In this document: piece after piece, positions 29,153 to 38,849 of the stretch
Layout: every line of letters begins with the position of its first letter
Numbering within the stretch: position 1 is the first letter of the stretch
DNA from: an uncultured delta proteobacterium
Lineage (GTDB): Bacteria; Desulfobacterota; Binatia; UBA9968
Direction of reading: 5' to 3'
Length of the DNA stretch: 64,000 bases
Assembly (NCBI GenBank): GCA_963737905.1
Contig: CAVTUQ010000004.1
Span: 1 to 64,000, forward strand
Made by a program: the position numbers and the translations under genes
Notes under the pieces: model-generated
The model's input: the letters and a program-made list of their open reading frames with translations, nothing else
Databases searched by the model: none
What the model was told of the DNA's origin: nothing

Positions 29153-31552
29153 ATGGCTAAAATCGCAAAACCGCCCACTCAGCCTTATCCCGACCTCACC
29201 ATTCTCGAAGATATCAGCACCTTGATCAGCCATTCGCGTGATCTCCAACAGACCCTCAATAGCATCGTGGCTACGGTGGCGGAACGGATGGAAACCGAGG
29301 TTTGCTCCATCTATATTCTCGACCGCCAGAACAAACGGCTCACCCTGCGCGCGACCATGGGACTGGACGAGGAGTCCGTAGGCAAGGTGTCCATGGGCAC
29401 GGGGGAGGGCCTAACGGGACTAGTCATTGAGAGAATGAAGCCGGTGATGGTCGTCGATGCCCTAAAGCATCCTCGTTACAAATACTTTCCGGAAACCCAC
29501 GAAGAACGCTTTCACTCCTTTCTTGGCGTTCCGCTCATCGACCAAAAATTACCGCTGGGAGTCCTGGTCGTTCAAACTTCACGGCGACGCGAGTTCTCGC
29601 GGGATGAAATACGTTTGCTGACTACTATTTCGGCCCAGGTTTCAAGCATTCTTATTCAAGCTCGCCTGGCGGATTCGCTGCGGAGCAAAGAGGAGGAACG
29701 TAAGGAATATCACAAGCGGATGGTGGAAGCGCTGCGCAAGCTGCGCTCTTATGAGGGTAGGCGTCGGGAGAAGACCCCAGGGGCACACCATCGCTGGCGC
29801 GGCCGACTGAGGGGTCTCTCCGCCTCTCCGGGTTTTGGCCGCGGCCGCGCCTTCGTTCTCAAACCACGTATGCAAATCAGCGCCATTCAGAAGAAAAAAG
29901 CGAAAAATCCCGAGCGCGAGATGGAGCGGTTCCGCGGGGCTGTCGAAAGAGGCATCGAACAGATAAACGTCGTGAAGCATCGAATGAGCGGCCTCATTTC
30001 AAAAGAGGAAGGGGCGATCTTCGACGTGTACCGGCTCATTCTCGAAGATCCCGCAATTATCCAACAAATCGAAGCTCAAATCCGAAAGGAACAAGTGATC
30101 GCCGAATACGCCATCCGGGTCGTGTTCGAGCAATACCTCCAGTCGATTGCGCAAATCGATGATGCCTATTTGCGCGAACGAACCACGGACGTCAAAGATG
30201 CGGCGCAGAGACTTTTGGAGAACCTCTCGGGCGCAACTACTCAGCACATCGAAATTCCCGAAGATGCTGTCTTGGTGGCAGAGGATCTTTCACCGGCCGA
30301 TCTCAGTATGCTTGAAGGGGACCGGTTTCGCGGCATTGTTCTGGCTACGGGCGGCGTCACCACTCACGCGTCGATTCTGGCGAAATCCTTTGAAATTCCT
30401 ACTGTAGTGGCCGTAGAGAATTTGCTGGAATCGGTTCATCAGGGAGATGCCCTCGTTGTCGATGGTAACGCCGGTGTGGTCTACGTCAACCCCAGCCAGG
30501 AAATCACCCGTGAATATGATCGGCTGGTGCGTGATTATGCCGACCTTAATCGCGAGCTGGAGGAACTGAAGGATGAACCCGCGGAAACTATAGACGGCCA
30601 CCGGGTCTCGCTCTATGCCAATATCGGTCTCTTAAGCGATATTGCTTTTGCGCATATGCACGGAGCCCAAGGGGTGGGCTTGTATCGCACGGAGATTGCG
30701 TTTCTGGCGCACCGAGATTTTCCCAGCGAAGAGGAGCAATACTCCCTGTATAAGCGAGTGGTCGAGGGAATGGCAGGAAAACCGGTGACCATCCGGACCC
30801 TGGATATCGGCGCTGATAAATATCCCTCTTACATACGAAGCCCGAGCGTCGAGCCCAATCCGTTTCTAGGATGGCGCTCTATTCGTATATCGCTTGAGGT
30901 TGAAGAGGTCTTCAAAACCCAGCTAAGAGCGATCCTCAGGGTGGGTGACCTCGGCCGGGTTAGAATGCTCATACCCATGGTATCGAGCTTGGAGGAGATA
31001 TTCAAAATCAAAGAACTGGTGGCGGAAGCCAAGGAAGAACTTCGTCACGAAGGTACGCCCTTCGACCGGCAGATGGAGCTCGGGATTATGGTGGAAGTCC
31101 CTTCTGCGGTGCAGCTCGCTGATCGCTTTCTCCGGGAGGTGGACTTCCTGAGTATTGGTACGAATGACCTGATTCAATACATACTGGCCGTCGATCGGAG
31201 CAACCGGCGAGTTGCTGACCTGTACGAGCCACTGCATCCCGCCGTGCTGTCCGCTTTGCAGACGACAATCGAAGCGGGCAAAAAGGAAGGGAAGCGAGTT
31301 GGAATGTGCGGCGAAATGTCGGGTGACCCGCTTTCTGCCCTACTGCTATTGGGAATGGGACTCGAGGAGTTCAGTATGGGCTCCCTATACGTCCCCGTGA
31401 TCAAGAAAACCATTCGGTCTGTCACCTATCAAGCGGCGAAATCGGCTGCACAAATAGTTCTTGAGATGGATACGGTGGGGGAGATCAAGAAGTATCTTTT
31501 CGAACAAATGCGCGAGTTGGGCATGGTGGAGCTGTTAGAGATGTACCATTGA
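29153..31552 (+). CDS. ptsP: GAF-domain phosphoenolpyruvate-protein phosphotransferase (EI-Ntr)
   Basis: N-terminal GAF (EVCSIY, GEGLTG, HPRYKYFPET), TTHASILA phospho-His, GLYRTE, SIGTNDL, GMCGE. Confidence 0.92.
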   Translation: MAKIAKPPTQPYPDLTILEDISTLISHSRDLQQTLNSIVATVAERMETEVCSIYILDRQNKRLTLRATMGLDEESVGKVSMGTGEGLTGLVIERMKPVMVVDALKHPRYKYFPETHEERFHSFLGVPLIDQKLPLGVLVVQTSRRREFSRDEIRLLTTISAQVSSILIQARLADSLRSKEEERKEYHKRMVEALRKLRSYEGRRREKTPGAHHRWRGRLRGLSASPGFGRGRAFVLKPRMQISAIQKKKAKNPEREMERFRGAVERGIEQINVVKHRMSGLISKEEGAIFDVYRLILEDPAIIQQIEAQIRKEQVIAEYAIRVVFEQYLQSIAQIDDAYLRERTTDVKDAAQRLLENLSGATTQHIEIPEDAVLVAEDLSPADLSMLEGDRFRGIVLATGGVTTHASILAKSFEIPTVVAVENLLESVHQGDALVVDGNAGVVYVNPSQEITREYDRLVRDYADLNRELEELKDEPAETIDGHRVSLYANIGLLSDIAFAHMHGAQGVGLYRTEIAFLAHRDFPSEEEQYSLYKRVVEGMAGKPVTIRTLDIGADKYPSYIRSPSVEPNPFLGWRSIRISLEVEEVFKTQLRAILRVGDLGRVRMLIPMVSSLEEIFKIKELVAEAKEELRHEGTPFDRQMELGIMVEVPSAVQLADRFLREVDFLSIGTNDLIQYILAVDRSNRRVADLYEPLHPAVLSALQTTIEAGKKEGKRVGMCGEMSGDPLSALLLLGMGLEEFSMGSLYVPVIKKTIRSVTYQAAKSAAQIVLEMDTVGEIKKYLFEQMRELGMVELLEMYH

Positions 31553-31592
31553 CGTCACGATCGGGATACCGACGCTTGTCTTCGGTCGAGGT

Positions 31593-31643
31593 TTGATTTC
31601 GTAATCAGAATAGGGTATAAAATAATTCGAACGATCGTTCGAA
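31593..31643 (+). promoter_or_regulatory. Sigma70 promoter with an overlapping perfect 18-bp palindromic operator (TetR/PaaR-like)
   Basis: TTGATT(31593)-17-TATAAA(31616). TTCGAACGATCGTTCGAA at 31626-31643 covers the predicted +1. Confidence 0.75.
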
Positions 31644-31667
31644 CACCACCTCCTGAAGGGATTCGTT

Positions 31668-32774
31668 ATGGGTAAAATCTCTACTTTTGATGATTGGATT
31701 GATAACTTTCGGCAATGGCAAAAAGATATCGGCTACGATCCGGAACTGCTGGGTGACTACACGTTCGAAACCAAGCTGGGCGAGTTGCACAGCCCGGAAA
31801 TTGAGTTCGGAGATTTCAAGGGACAGCGCAAATGGGAGCGTATTGGCCAAATCCCGAATCAGTCGATCCGCGATGCTCTGATGAATCTAATCGTCTATCA
31901 GGGGGACACCGAGTTCGCATCGGTGGAACAACAAAAAAACTTGCTAGATACCGCGCCCACGGAATACGATCGCCAGGCGCTTACCCGGGTGAACAGTGAG
32001 GAGATGCGCCACGGGTGGCAAATGTGCTACTTGTTGGTTAATTATTTTGGTGACTCGGGAAAACTTGAGGCGAGAAAGCTCCTGGAACGGAGAGCATTCA
32101 GAGGGGACCGGCTTCTAGGTTCTTTCAACGCACCGGTCAATAACTGGCTGGACTTTTTTACGTATACGGAATTTGTTGACCGCGATGGCAAATATCAGTT
32201 AACCATGCTGAGCCATTCCGCCTTTGCCCCCTTGGCCGAAAGCGTCACCGCGATGCTGAAGGAAGAATTCTTCCACATGTTTACCGGCCACACCGGCTTA
32301 ACGCGAATTTTGAGAGCCGGAAAAATTCCTCTTCCCATCGTGCAAAAATATTTCAATAAATGGCTGTCAACGGCTTACGATCTATTCGGTACGGATCATT
32401 CGTCGTCAGCGAACTGGTCCTATGTTTGGGGATTGAAAGGAAGATTTGATGAGCATGAGGCCAAAGTTGCTGCGGACAAGAACAAATTGAATGATCTGGC
32501 CCGCGATCACTATCTTACCGAATGCGCTAAGCTTATCGATCAGCTCAACCAACTGGTTCCGGAAGGACAACCCAGGCTCTACGCTCCGCACCTGTATTTT
32601 AACCGTTCCATCGGCGAGCATGTCGGTAAGACTTACAGTGTCACGGGTGAACTATTATCATCCGAAGCCTACAAGAAGCATCTAGCGGAAGTTCTTCCGA
32701 CCCCTGAGGATGAGAGAATATTGAGCGAAATTATCAATGGGAAAGACTGGGTTACGCAGATACAAATGAATTAG
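31668..32774 (+). CDS. BoxB/PaaA-like di-iron aryl-CoA epoxidase subunit (short BoxB-like form)
   Basis: QGDTEFASVEQQ, EEMRH, WLDFFTYTEFVDRDGKYQL, EEFFH, QKYFNKW..DLFG, FNRSIG. Two ExxH motifs. Confidence 0.82.
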   Translation: MGKISTFDDWIDNFRQWQKDIGYDPELLGDYTFETKLGELHSPEIEFGDFKGQRKWERIGQIPNQSIRDALMNLIVYQGDTEFASVEQQKNLLDTAPTEYDRQALTRVNSEEMRHGWQMCYLLVNYFGDSGKLEARKLLERRAFRGDRLLGSFNAPVNNWLDFFTYTEFVDRDGKYQLTMLSHSAFAPLAESVTAMLKEEFFHMFTGHTGLTRILRAGKIPLPIVQKYFNKWLSTAYDLFGTDHSSSANWSYVWGLKGRFDEHEAKVAADKNKLNDLARDHYLTECAKLIDQLNQLVPEGQPRLYAPHLYFNRSIGEHVGKTYSVTGELLSSEAYKKHLAEVLPTPEDERILSEIINGKDWVTQIQMN

Positions 32775-32811
32775 GCACCCAGATAATTCCGTCAGCTACG
32801 AGGAGAGGTTT

Positions 32812-33135
32812 GTGAAAACGCTTTGTCTCGTCTGTCAAAACGTGGATTGCAAAAATAGAGGCTCGGAGCAACTCATGGCCGAACTTCAGAAGCGAGTTGA
32901 AGCTAAAGGGCTCGCCGATGTCGAAGTAAAACCCTACATGTGTTTCGGGGCCTGCCAGGAGGGACCCAACATCGTCCTCTATCCTGAAAAAAACTGGTAT
33001 GCCGGGGTGAAAGTCGATGACCTTGACGAGATCACGGATCGTCTTGCCGGCGGCCCTCACGTCCAACGCTTGGACACCATCGATTCCTCGTTGAAAGAAC
33101 TCATCTATCAACTTCTTGACACAGGGGTGTTTTAA
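32812..33135 (+). CDS. Thioredoxin-like [2Fe-2S] ferredoxin (NuoE C-terminal-like)
   Basis: CxxxxC ... CFGACQEGPNIVLYP..WY. AGGAG RBS and GTG start. Confidence 0.88.
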   Translation: MKTLCLVCQNVDCKNRGSEQLMAELQKRVEAKGLADVEVKPYMCFGACQEGPNIVLYPEKNWYAGVKVDDLDEITDRLAGGPHVQRLDTIDSSLKELIYQLLDTGVF

Positions 33136-33138
33136 GTC

Positions 33139-34401
33139 ATGGAGGGTATTCTTTTCCCTCACGCTGTGGTCGAGGGACGAGAAGGATTAAAGGAGTATCA
33201 GGCACGCGGCGGATACGCCGGCGTTGCTAAAGCGATCCAGTCCACCCCCGAGGATATCATCAAAGAAGTCGCCGACGCCGGTCTTCGAGGTCGCGGCGGC
33301 GCAGGGTTTCCCACCGGGAAAAAATGGTCCTTCACGCGCGAATGCCCTGAACAACCACGGTACCTAGTTTTAAATGGCGGGGAGGATGAGCCCGGTAGCA
33401 AAAAGGATCGGATGCTCATGGAGCATCTCCCTCACCTCGTGATTGAAGGTGTGATTCTTAGCGCCTATGCGATCGGGGCATCCAAAGCTTACCTTTACAT
33501 TAACGCGAATTACGAAGCGGCGATAAATAGCATCAATGATGCGTTGACCGAGGCCAAAGCCGCCGGCTACTGGGGTGACAACGTGCTGGGAAGTAATTTT
33601 ACTCTGGACATCGAGCTCAAACCGGCACCCCACAACTACGTTGCCGGTGAAGATACCGCAGCCCTCGAGGTAATCGAAGGCAAAAAAGCTTGGCCGCGCC
33701 AGAAGCCTCCGTTTCCGGTTACGGTCGGGCTCTTCGGCAAACCCACGGCGGTCAACAACGTGGAGACTCTTGCCAATGTGCCGCCGATCATTTTGCATGG
33801 GGCCGAGTGGTACCGCAAATTTGGCACTCCCGAAAGCCCAGGCACGATGATCTTTTCGCTGAATGATGACGTCAATCGTCCGGGGGTTTACGAGCTCCCC
33901 TTCGGCACGCCGCTCAGGTATTTGATCGAAGAATGTGGCGGTGGAATGAAGGGCGGCAAAAAGATCAAAGCCATCATGCCTGCGGCGCCGTCTTCGGCTT
34001 TCCTCCCGGCAGACAAGATGGACACACCGTTGGATCACAACTCGATGCGGGAAGCGGGTTCGGGACTCGGTTGCGGTGTCGTGCGCTTGATTGACGAAGA
34101 AACCTGTATCGTAGAAGAAGTGTTAAAGATCTCCGAATTCTTCACCGTCGAATCCTGCGGCCAATGCCCCGCCTGCCGGATGGAAACCAACACCCTTACG
34201 TCATTGCTCAAGAAAGTTCAGCAGGGACAAGGCGGCCAACCGATACTCGAGCAATTCGGAAAAATCCTCGCTTTTAACAAAGGTAAAGGCTTCTGCAATC
34301 TCATCGCCATGCCCGGTCCACCCATTGAAAGCGCCCTCAAACTTTTTCCCGAAGATTTCGAGGCCCACCTCGCTACCGGCAAATGCCCCGCGGCTAATTA
34401 A
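33139..34401 (+). CDS. NuoF/HoxF-like NAD(P)H-binding FMN-[4Fe-4S] protein (not in a nuo operon)
   Basis: LRGRGGAGFPTGKKW, EDEPGSKKDR, YVAGEDTA, NNVETL, ESCGQCPACR..C. Confidence 0.9.
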   Translation: MEGILFPHAVVEGREGLKEYQARGGYAGVAKAIQSTPEDIIKEVADAGLRGRGGAGFPTGKKWSFTRECPEQPRYLVLNGGEDEPGSKKDRMLMEHLPHLVIEGVILSAYAIGASKAYLYINANYEAAINSINDALTEAKAAGYWGDNVLGSNFTLDIELKPAPHNYVAGEDTAALEVIEGKKAWPRQKPPFPVTVGLFGKPTAVNNVETLANVPPIILHGAEWYRKFGTPESPGTMIFSLNDDVNRPGVYELPFGTPLRYLIEECGGGMKGGKKIKAIMPAAPSSAFLPADKMDTPLDHNSMREAGSGLGCGVVRLIDEETCIVEEVLKISEFFTVESCGQCPACRMETNTLTSLLKKVQQGQGGQPILEQFGKILAFNKGKGFCNLIAMPGPPIESALKLFPEDFEAHLATGKCPAAN

Positions 34402-34599
34402 AGCAGACGCAGGGTCATGCTTTCGTTTCATTTTTCAGTCCGCTCAGGCTGCAATGGCATCTCCATCAACGATTCGTTCGTTTGACGGTTTTGATGGGCG
34501 CTTGATAGTATCCGCCTTGTTCAAATCGAGGCGCATAACAGGAACTTCGAGTTCTTTCGCTCGCTCTTCGGCGCGGCGAAGAATTGAAAGGAGCCAATC

Positions 34600-35430
34600 A
34601 TGAGACTCGCACCGATCCACTGGCCCCACGATGCAAAAATTGCTGTCAGCTTCTTCGTAGCCTTTGAAGCTTTTGAAAAATATTCGCAGTACCGCCAAGG
34701 CGGCGACAAACCGGATTATGCGTCTCTCGCCTACGGCGAATACGGAGGCAAGGCGGGTATCTGGCGCATCATGGACGTGCTAAACCGCAACGGCGTTAAA
34801 GGCACTATCGATACCAACGGCCGTATCGCCGAAGACTTTCCTGATGCGTTGAAAGAACTCCATGCCGCGAGTCATGAAATCGTTGGCCACGGTTGGGTCA
34901 ATGACACAGCTCTGTCCTCGCTCGATGCCGTTAAAGAAAGAACTTTGATCAAACGAACATTGGACGCCATCGCATCGGTCACCGGCAAACGTCCCGTGGG
35001 TTGGGTCAGCCCCGGGCATAGAGTCAACGAATATACATTCGGCAACTTCGTCGACGAAGGAATATTCTGGACTGGAGATCTGCCAGGACCTGACATTCCA
35101 CAGCACCGCATTGTCAATGGCAAACCCTTGATCATCATGCCGCGGCTCGATTACGCCAATGATCTATCGCTCATCTTTAACGCGAAAAATCCCGCCCGGG
35201 TTTATTTTGACAGCTTCAAAGCAGCCTTTGATTGTCTCTACGCGGAGGGCCAGGCGGGCGCGCCGAAGCTCATCGATTGTCTCGTGCACGCGCATATCGG
35301 CGGCAGACCCAACATTATAGGGGTGTTCGAAGAATGCGTCCGCTATGCCAAGGGTTTTCCCGAGGTATGGTTCGCGACCAAAGGGGAAATCGCCAAATAT
35401 TACCTCGACACTTACGTCACTAAATCGTAA
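34600..35430 (+). CDS. Polysaccharide deacetylase (PuuE allantoinase-like) family protein
   Basis: WPHDAKIAV, EYGGKAGIWRI, HEIVGHGW, GWVSPG, HAHIGGRP, VWFAT. Confidence 0.85.
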   Translation: MRLAPIHWPHDAKIAVSFFVAFEAFEKYSQYRQGGDKPDYASLAYGEYGGKAGIWRIMDVLNRNGVKGTIDTNGRIAEDFPDALKELHAASHEIVGHGWVNDTALSSLDAVKERTLIKRTLDAIASVTGKRPVGWVSPGHRVNEYTFGNFVDEGIFWTGDLPGPDIPQHRIVNGKPLIIMPRLDYANDLSLIFNAKNPARVYFDSFKAAFDCLYAEGQAGAPKLIDCLVHAHIGGRPNIIGVFEECVRYAKGFPEVWFATKGEIAKYYLDTYVTKS

Positions 35431-35444
35431 CCGGAGGAACTGAG

Positions 35445-36626
35445 ATGGCATCGGGTGGAAAAGACGAAAAATATCTCGAGGGACTGAAATCTGGCGAGCT
35501 TCTCTTGAAACTCACCTGGGACGAATGGCTCACGTTGAGCGCACCGTTTGAGAACGTAGACTTTTCAGTCGAAGACGTCACGGCGCGCTACAACAGAAAC
35601 GGTTACGATTGGGATATGCATGGCACGCTCTATACCCCCGCGAAAGAAGTTAACTCCCAGCGTGCCTTCGTATGTTTCCACGGCGGAGCGGGCAGCGAAA
35701 AGATCATGGACCTCACGCCGGACGGCAGACCCGGTTTGGCCCGGGTTCTAGCTTCCCAAGGCTTCAAAGCTCTAGCTCTCACTTACCCGGGTCACTATCC
35801 TCCCGGAGGCGTTTGGAAAAACCCTATCCCGGAACGCATGCCGGTTTATCTCATGGACCACGAACTCCCTATCGAAGAGATCAAAGATCGAAATTTGAAG
35901 TGCACGTTCAACACCATTCTCCAGGGGGCGGGACTATTGACGGATCAACATCTGAGCGGCCGGGAAATCCTGGGATTTGGCCATTCCACGGGCGGACCTA
36001 TGGCAGCCCATCTGACGCGCTTTTCGAAAAAGACAAAAGTCATCGGACTGGTTGGATTTGGCAGCGGCGGTCCAGATGGCTGGCGACTCGAGTGGAGAAA
36101 CAAGACTGGCGCGGAAAAATATGTGGAAAAGCCGGTCGATCATGTGTCGCGACGGTCGCCTGATTCTTTTCGTGAGTCGGGCTACGTCGATCCACCGGAC
36201 CTTACGCCCTGGGGAGGTGCCGACGATTACTTTCGACTCATCAGCCCGCTGCGCTCCCAGATGAAAACCAGCCTGTGCGACAACCAGCACAACGCAGCCG
36301 TGGGAATTCTCGAAGAATATCCCAAGCGCACGGGCCTCCCGCGGGAAGAATACTTCGATCACCTGGAAGAGCCGGATCCGAATTGGCTCAAAACCATCAG
36401 AGTTCTTCTCACCGCCGGCGAGAATGACAAAGGCCACTGGGTCAGAGGCGATCGTCTGCAAGATAAGCGGGAAATGTTCATGGGCGCAAAGTACGCGGCT
36501 GCCACTCGCGGAGCGCACGTCGTGCTAATACCCCGTTACGGGCATGTGGGTTATGCCGAGCTTCACAACGAGAAGATCGCTTACCTGTGGCTCTGGGCGG
36601 TTAAATCAGGTTATTTCGATAGCTAA
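35445..36626 (+). CDS. Uncharacterised alpha/beta-hydrolase-fold protein
   Basis: FHGGAGSE, GHSTGG, GENDKGH, YGH. GGAGG RBS. Confidence 0.7.
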   Translation: MASGGKDEKYLEGLKSGELLLKLTWDEWLTLSAPFENVDFSVEDVTARYNRNGYDWDMHGTLYTPAKEVNSQRAFVCFHGGAGSEKIMDLTPDGRPGLARVLASQGFKALALTYPGHYPPGGVWKNPIPERMPVYLMDHELPIEEIKDRNLKCTFNTILQGAGLLTDQHLSGREILGFGHSTGGPMAAHLTRFSKKTKVIGLVGFGSGGPDGWRLEWRNKTGAEKYVEKPVDHVSRRSPDSFRESGYVDPPDLTPWGGADDYFRLISPLRSQMKTSLCDNQHNAAVGILEEYPKRTGLPREEYFDHLEEPDPNWLKTIRVLLTAGENDKGHWVRGDRLQDKREMFMGAKYAAATRGAHVVLIPRYGHVGYAELHNEKIAYLWLWAVKSGYFDS

Positions 36627-36700
36627 CCTAACAATCACGCACAGGAGGACATCACGGTCTCTGACTTTAATAAATGGCTTTTCACAAAGGAGAGATAAGA

Positions 36701-37789
36701 ATGCATACAAAAATAATTGCCAGTTCTGCGTCTCCATTTGCACTCATAGCCGCAATCCTCTTATCGACCGTCGCGGCATCCTATGGCGCTCAGAGCAAAC
36801 CCTTATCCGTGGCCGATCTCGCCTTTTACCAAGGCGCCGATCGCGAGAAAATCCTCCTGGAAGGCGCTAAAAAAGAAGGGCAAGTGACTTTCTACACGTC
36901 AAACACTTGGGTCGCCGGTCCAGTGTCCCAGGAGTTCGAGAAAAAGTACCCTTTCGTTAAAGCCAATGTATGGCGCAGCGATTCCAAATCATTGCTGAAA
37001 CGGCTAACGGAAGAGGTGGCGGCCGGGCGGTTTATTGGCGATGTCGTTGAAAGCAGTCCTGAGTATATGGAGATCCTTATGAGGAGCAACATCCTCCAAG
37101 AGTATTTGTCCCCGGAACTGAGTGCCTACGACGACGATGCAAAAATCAAAGGGAAGAGGGGCGTCTATGCGTGGACCAACCGAGAGATCTATATCAGCCT
37201 GGGGTTTAACACCAAGATCATAGCTCCCGCGGAAGCGCCAAAAACCATCAAGGATTATCTCGACCCTAAATGGAAAGGAAAAATGTCCATCGCCGGGACC
37301 ACCACGGGGACCCAGTGGGTCGGAGCTCTCATGGAGTCCATGGGTCGCGAGTTTCTGGAAAAACTAAGCGCGCAAGAAATCAATGTTCAGAATATGTCCG
37401 GCGCGGCTTTGTCCGGGCTGGTTGCCTCCGGCGAAGTCCCTTTGTCGCCCACCATCTTCAATTCCAACATCTTCACCCATAAAGAAAAAGGTGCCCCGGT
37501 CGAATGGAGACCGCTGGATCCTGTTATAGCGGGAGTGGGCACTTCAGGCATGGTCCTCAATGCACCCCATCCTCACGCTGCCCTGCTTTTTCTTGATTAC
37601 CTCCATTCCAAACTCGGGCAGCAGGTCGCCATGAAGGGCGGCCTCAGTTCGGCGCGCAATGACATCGGTTCTCTGGAACAGAAGTTCAAGAAGGTCTACA
37701 TCGAAAGCCAATACACGCCAGAGGAATTCGAGAAGAAAATCGAGGAATGGGAAAGCTTGATGCGCAAGCTTTTCATTCGGAAACGCTAG
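36701..37789 (+). CDS. ABC extracellular solute-binding protein (AfuA/FbpA-like)
   Basis: Signal peptide, GAKKEGQV, FEKKYP, DPKWKGK, GAPVEW, APHPHAALLF. AAGGAG RBS. Confidence 0.85.
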   Translation: MHTKIIASSASPFALIAAILLSTVAASYGAQSKPLSVADLAFYQGADREKILLEGAKKEGQVTFYTSNTWVAGPVSQEFEKKYPFVKANVWRSDSKSLLKRLTEEVAAGRFIGDVVESSPEYMEILMRSNILQEYLSPELSAYDDDAKIKGKRGVYAWTNREIYISLGFNTKIIAPAEAPKTIKDYLDPKWKGKMSIAGTTTGTQWVGALMESMGREFLEKLSAQEINVQNMSGAALSGLVASGEVPLSPTIFNSNIFTHKEKGAPVEWRPLDPVIAGVGTSGMVLNAPHPHAALLFLDYLHSKLGQQVAMKGGLSSARNDIGSLEQKFKKVYIESQYTPEEFEKKIEEWESLMRKLFIRKR

Positions 37790-37842
37790 TTCAGCCGGAA
37801 TATATTTCAGCTTACCGACTCATGACAATGAGAGAGCATTGA

Positions 37843-38787
37843 ATGACTTCAATTGTTCTAATCACCGGCGCCAATGGCTTCATCGGCTCCCACACAACTC
37901 TGCTCATGGAATCACTCGGTCACAAGGTCATTCCCGTGGACGCCGTGCCTCGCTCGACAGATCTTTCCTTGCTCGGGATTCAAACACCCAGTCACCTCAT
38001 GGATGTCACGGATGTATTGGCTTTCCGAAAGCTCTGCGACAAGGAAAAGCCGACCCATATCTTTCACGCTGCGCACCCGCCTCGGAACGAAGATCCCTCG
38101 GTGCTCAACTTTTGTTATCATGCAATGACCAATATTCTCGAGGCGGCAAAGACACTTAAAATGCGGCGGGTCGTCTATTCAAGCTCCGCTTCTATTTACG
38201 GCCAGTTGAAAAAGCCGGACGGCGGTCTCATTAAGGAAGAGGACGCGGTTACGATTTATCCCACCTATTTCTATCGCGCCGCGAAAACCGTTTCGGAGTG
38301 GATGGGCGACTTTTACAAAGAAAAACACGGCGTAGACTTTGTCGCGTTGAGATACTCTTCTGTTTACGGCCCCGGTCTGTACAGAAGCATTCCCTTAGAA
38401 CTCAAAAGAGGCATCCTCGGCCAACCCTGCCGGCCCTTTCTCACACGCCCGCTTGACGATTTGATCTATGTGGACGACGTTGTCGATGCGATTCGCCGCG
38501 CGCTCTTTTCAGACAAACCCCTCAGCCGCGCCTATAACATCGGCCTCGACAAGACCTACACGAACGAGGATCTCACCCAGGCCATTCGGAAAGCGCTGCC
38601 GGATCTGAAATTCGAAATCGGCGAACATCCCAACGCCGCCGAAGTGGGCCCCCATCGCTTACGTAACCCGCTCGATATTTCCCTTGCGCAACGAGAACTG
38701 GGCTGGACCCCGAAGATTTATCTCGAAGAAGGCATCGCACGGTTAGCAAAATGGTTGCAAGAGAACAAAGCCAAGCGGCAAATGTGA
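37843..38787 (+). CDS. NAD-dependent epimerase/dehydratase (extended SDR)
   Basis: ITGANGFIG, SSASIYG, YRAAK, VYGPG. Confidence 0.88.
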   Translation: MTSIVLITGANGFIGSHTTLLMESLGHKVIPVDAVPRSTDLSLLGIQTPSHLMDVTDVLAFRKLCDKEKPTHIFHAAHPPRNEDPSVLNFCYHAMTNILEAAKTLKMRRVVYSSSASIYGQLKKPDGGLIKEEDAVTIYPTYFYRAAKTVSEWMGDFYKEKHGVDFVALRYSSVYGPGLYRSIPLELKRGILGQPCRPFLTRPLDDLIYVDDVVDAIRRALFSDKPLSRAYNIGLDKTYTNEDLTQAIRKALPDLKFEIGEHPNAAEVGPHRLRNPLDISLAQRELGWTPKIYLEEGIARLAKWLQENKAKRQM

Positions 38788-38849
38788 CCGCATCGACAGA
38801 CACTGTTGCGCTCACAAATAGCCCTGTCACAGCTCACGTTTGTTGCCTG

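Noticed and set aside
31668-32774. Assigning the symbol boxB or paaA
   Set aside because: It is shorter than BoxB, has substitutions near the active site and lacks the canonical partner genes. The substrate is unknown.
33139-34401. Calling this respiratory complex I nuoF or a hydrogenase/formate dehydrogenase subunit
   Set aside because: No other nuo, hox or fdh genes are nearby and the motifs are altered, so the gene symbol is withheld.
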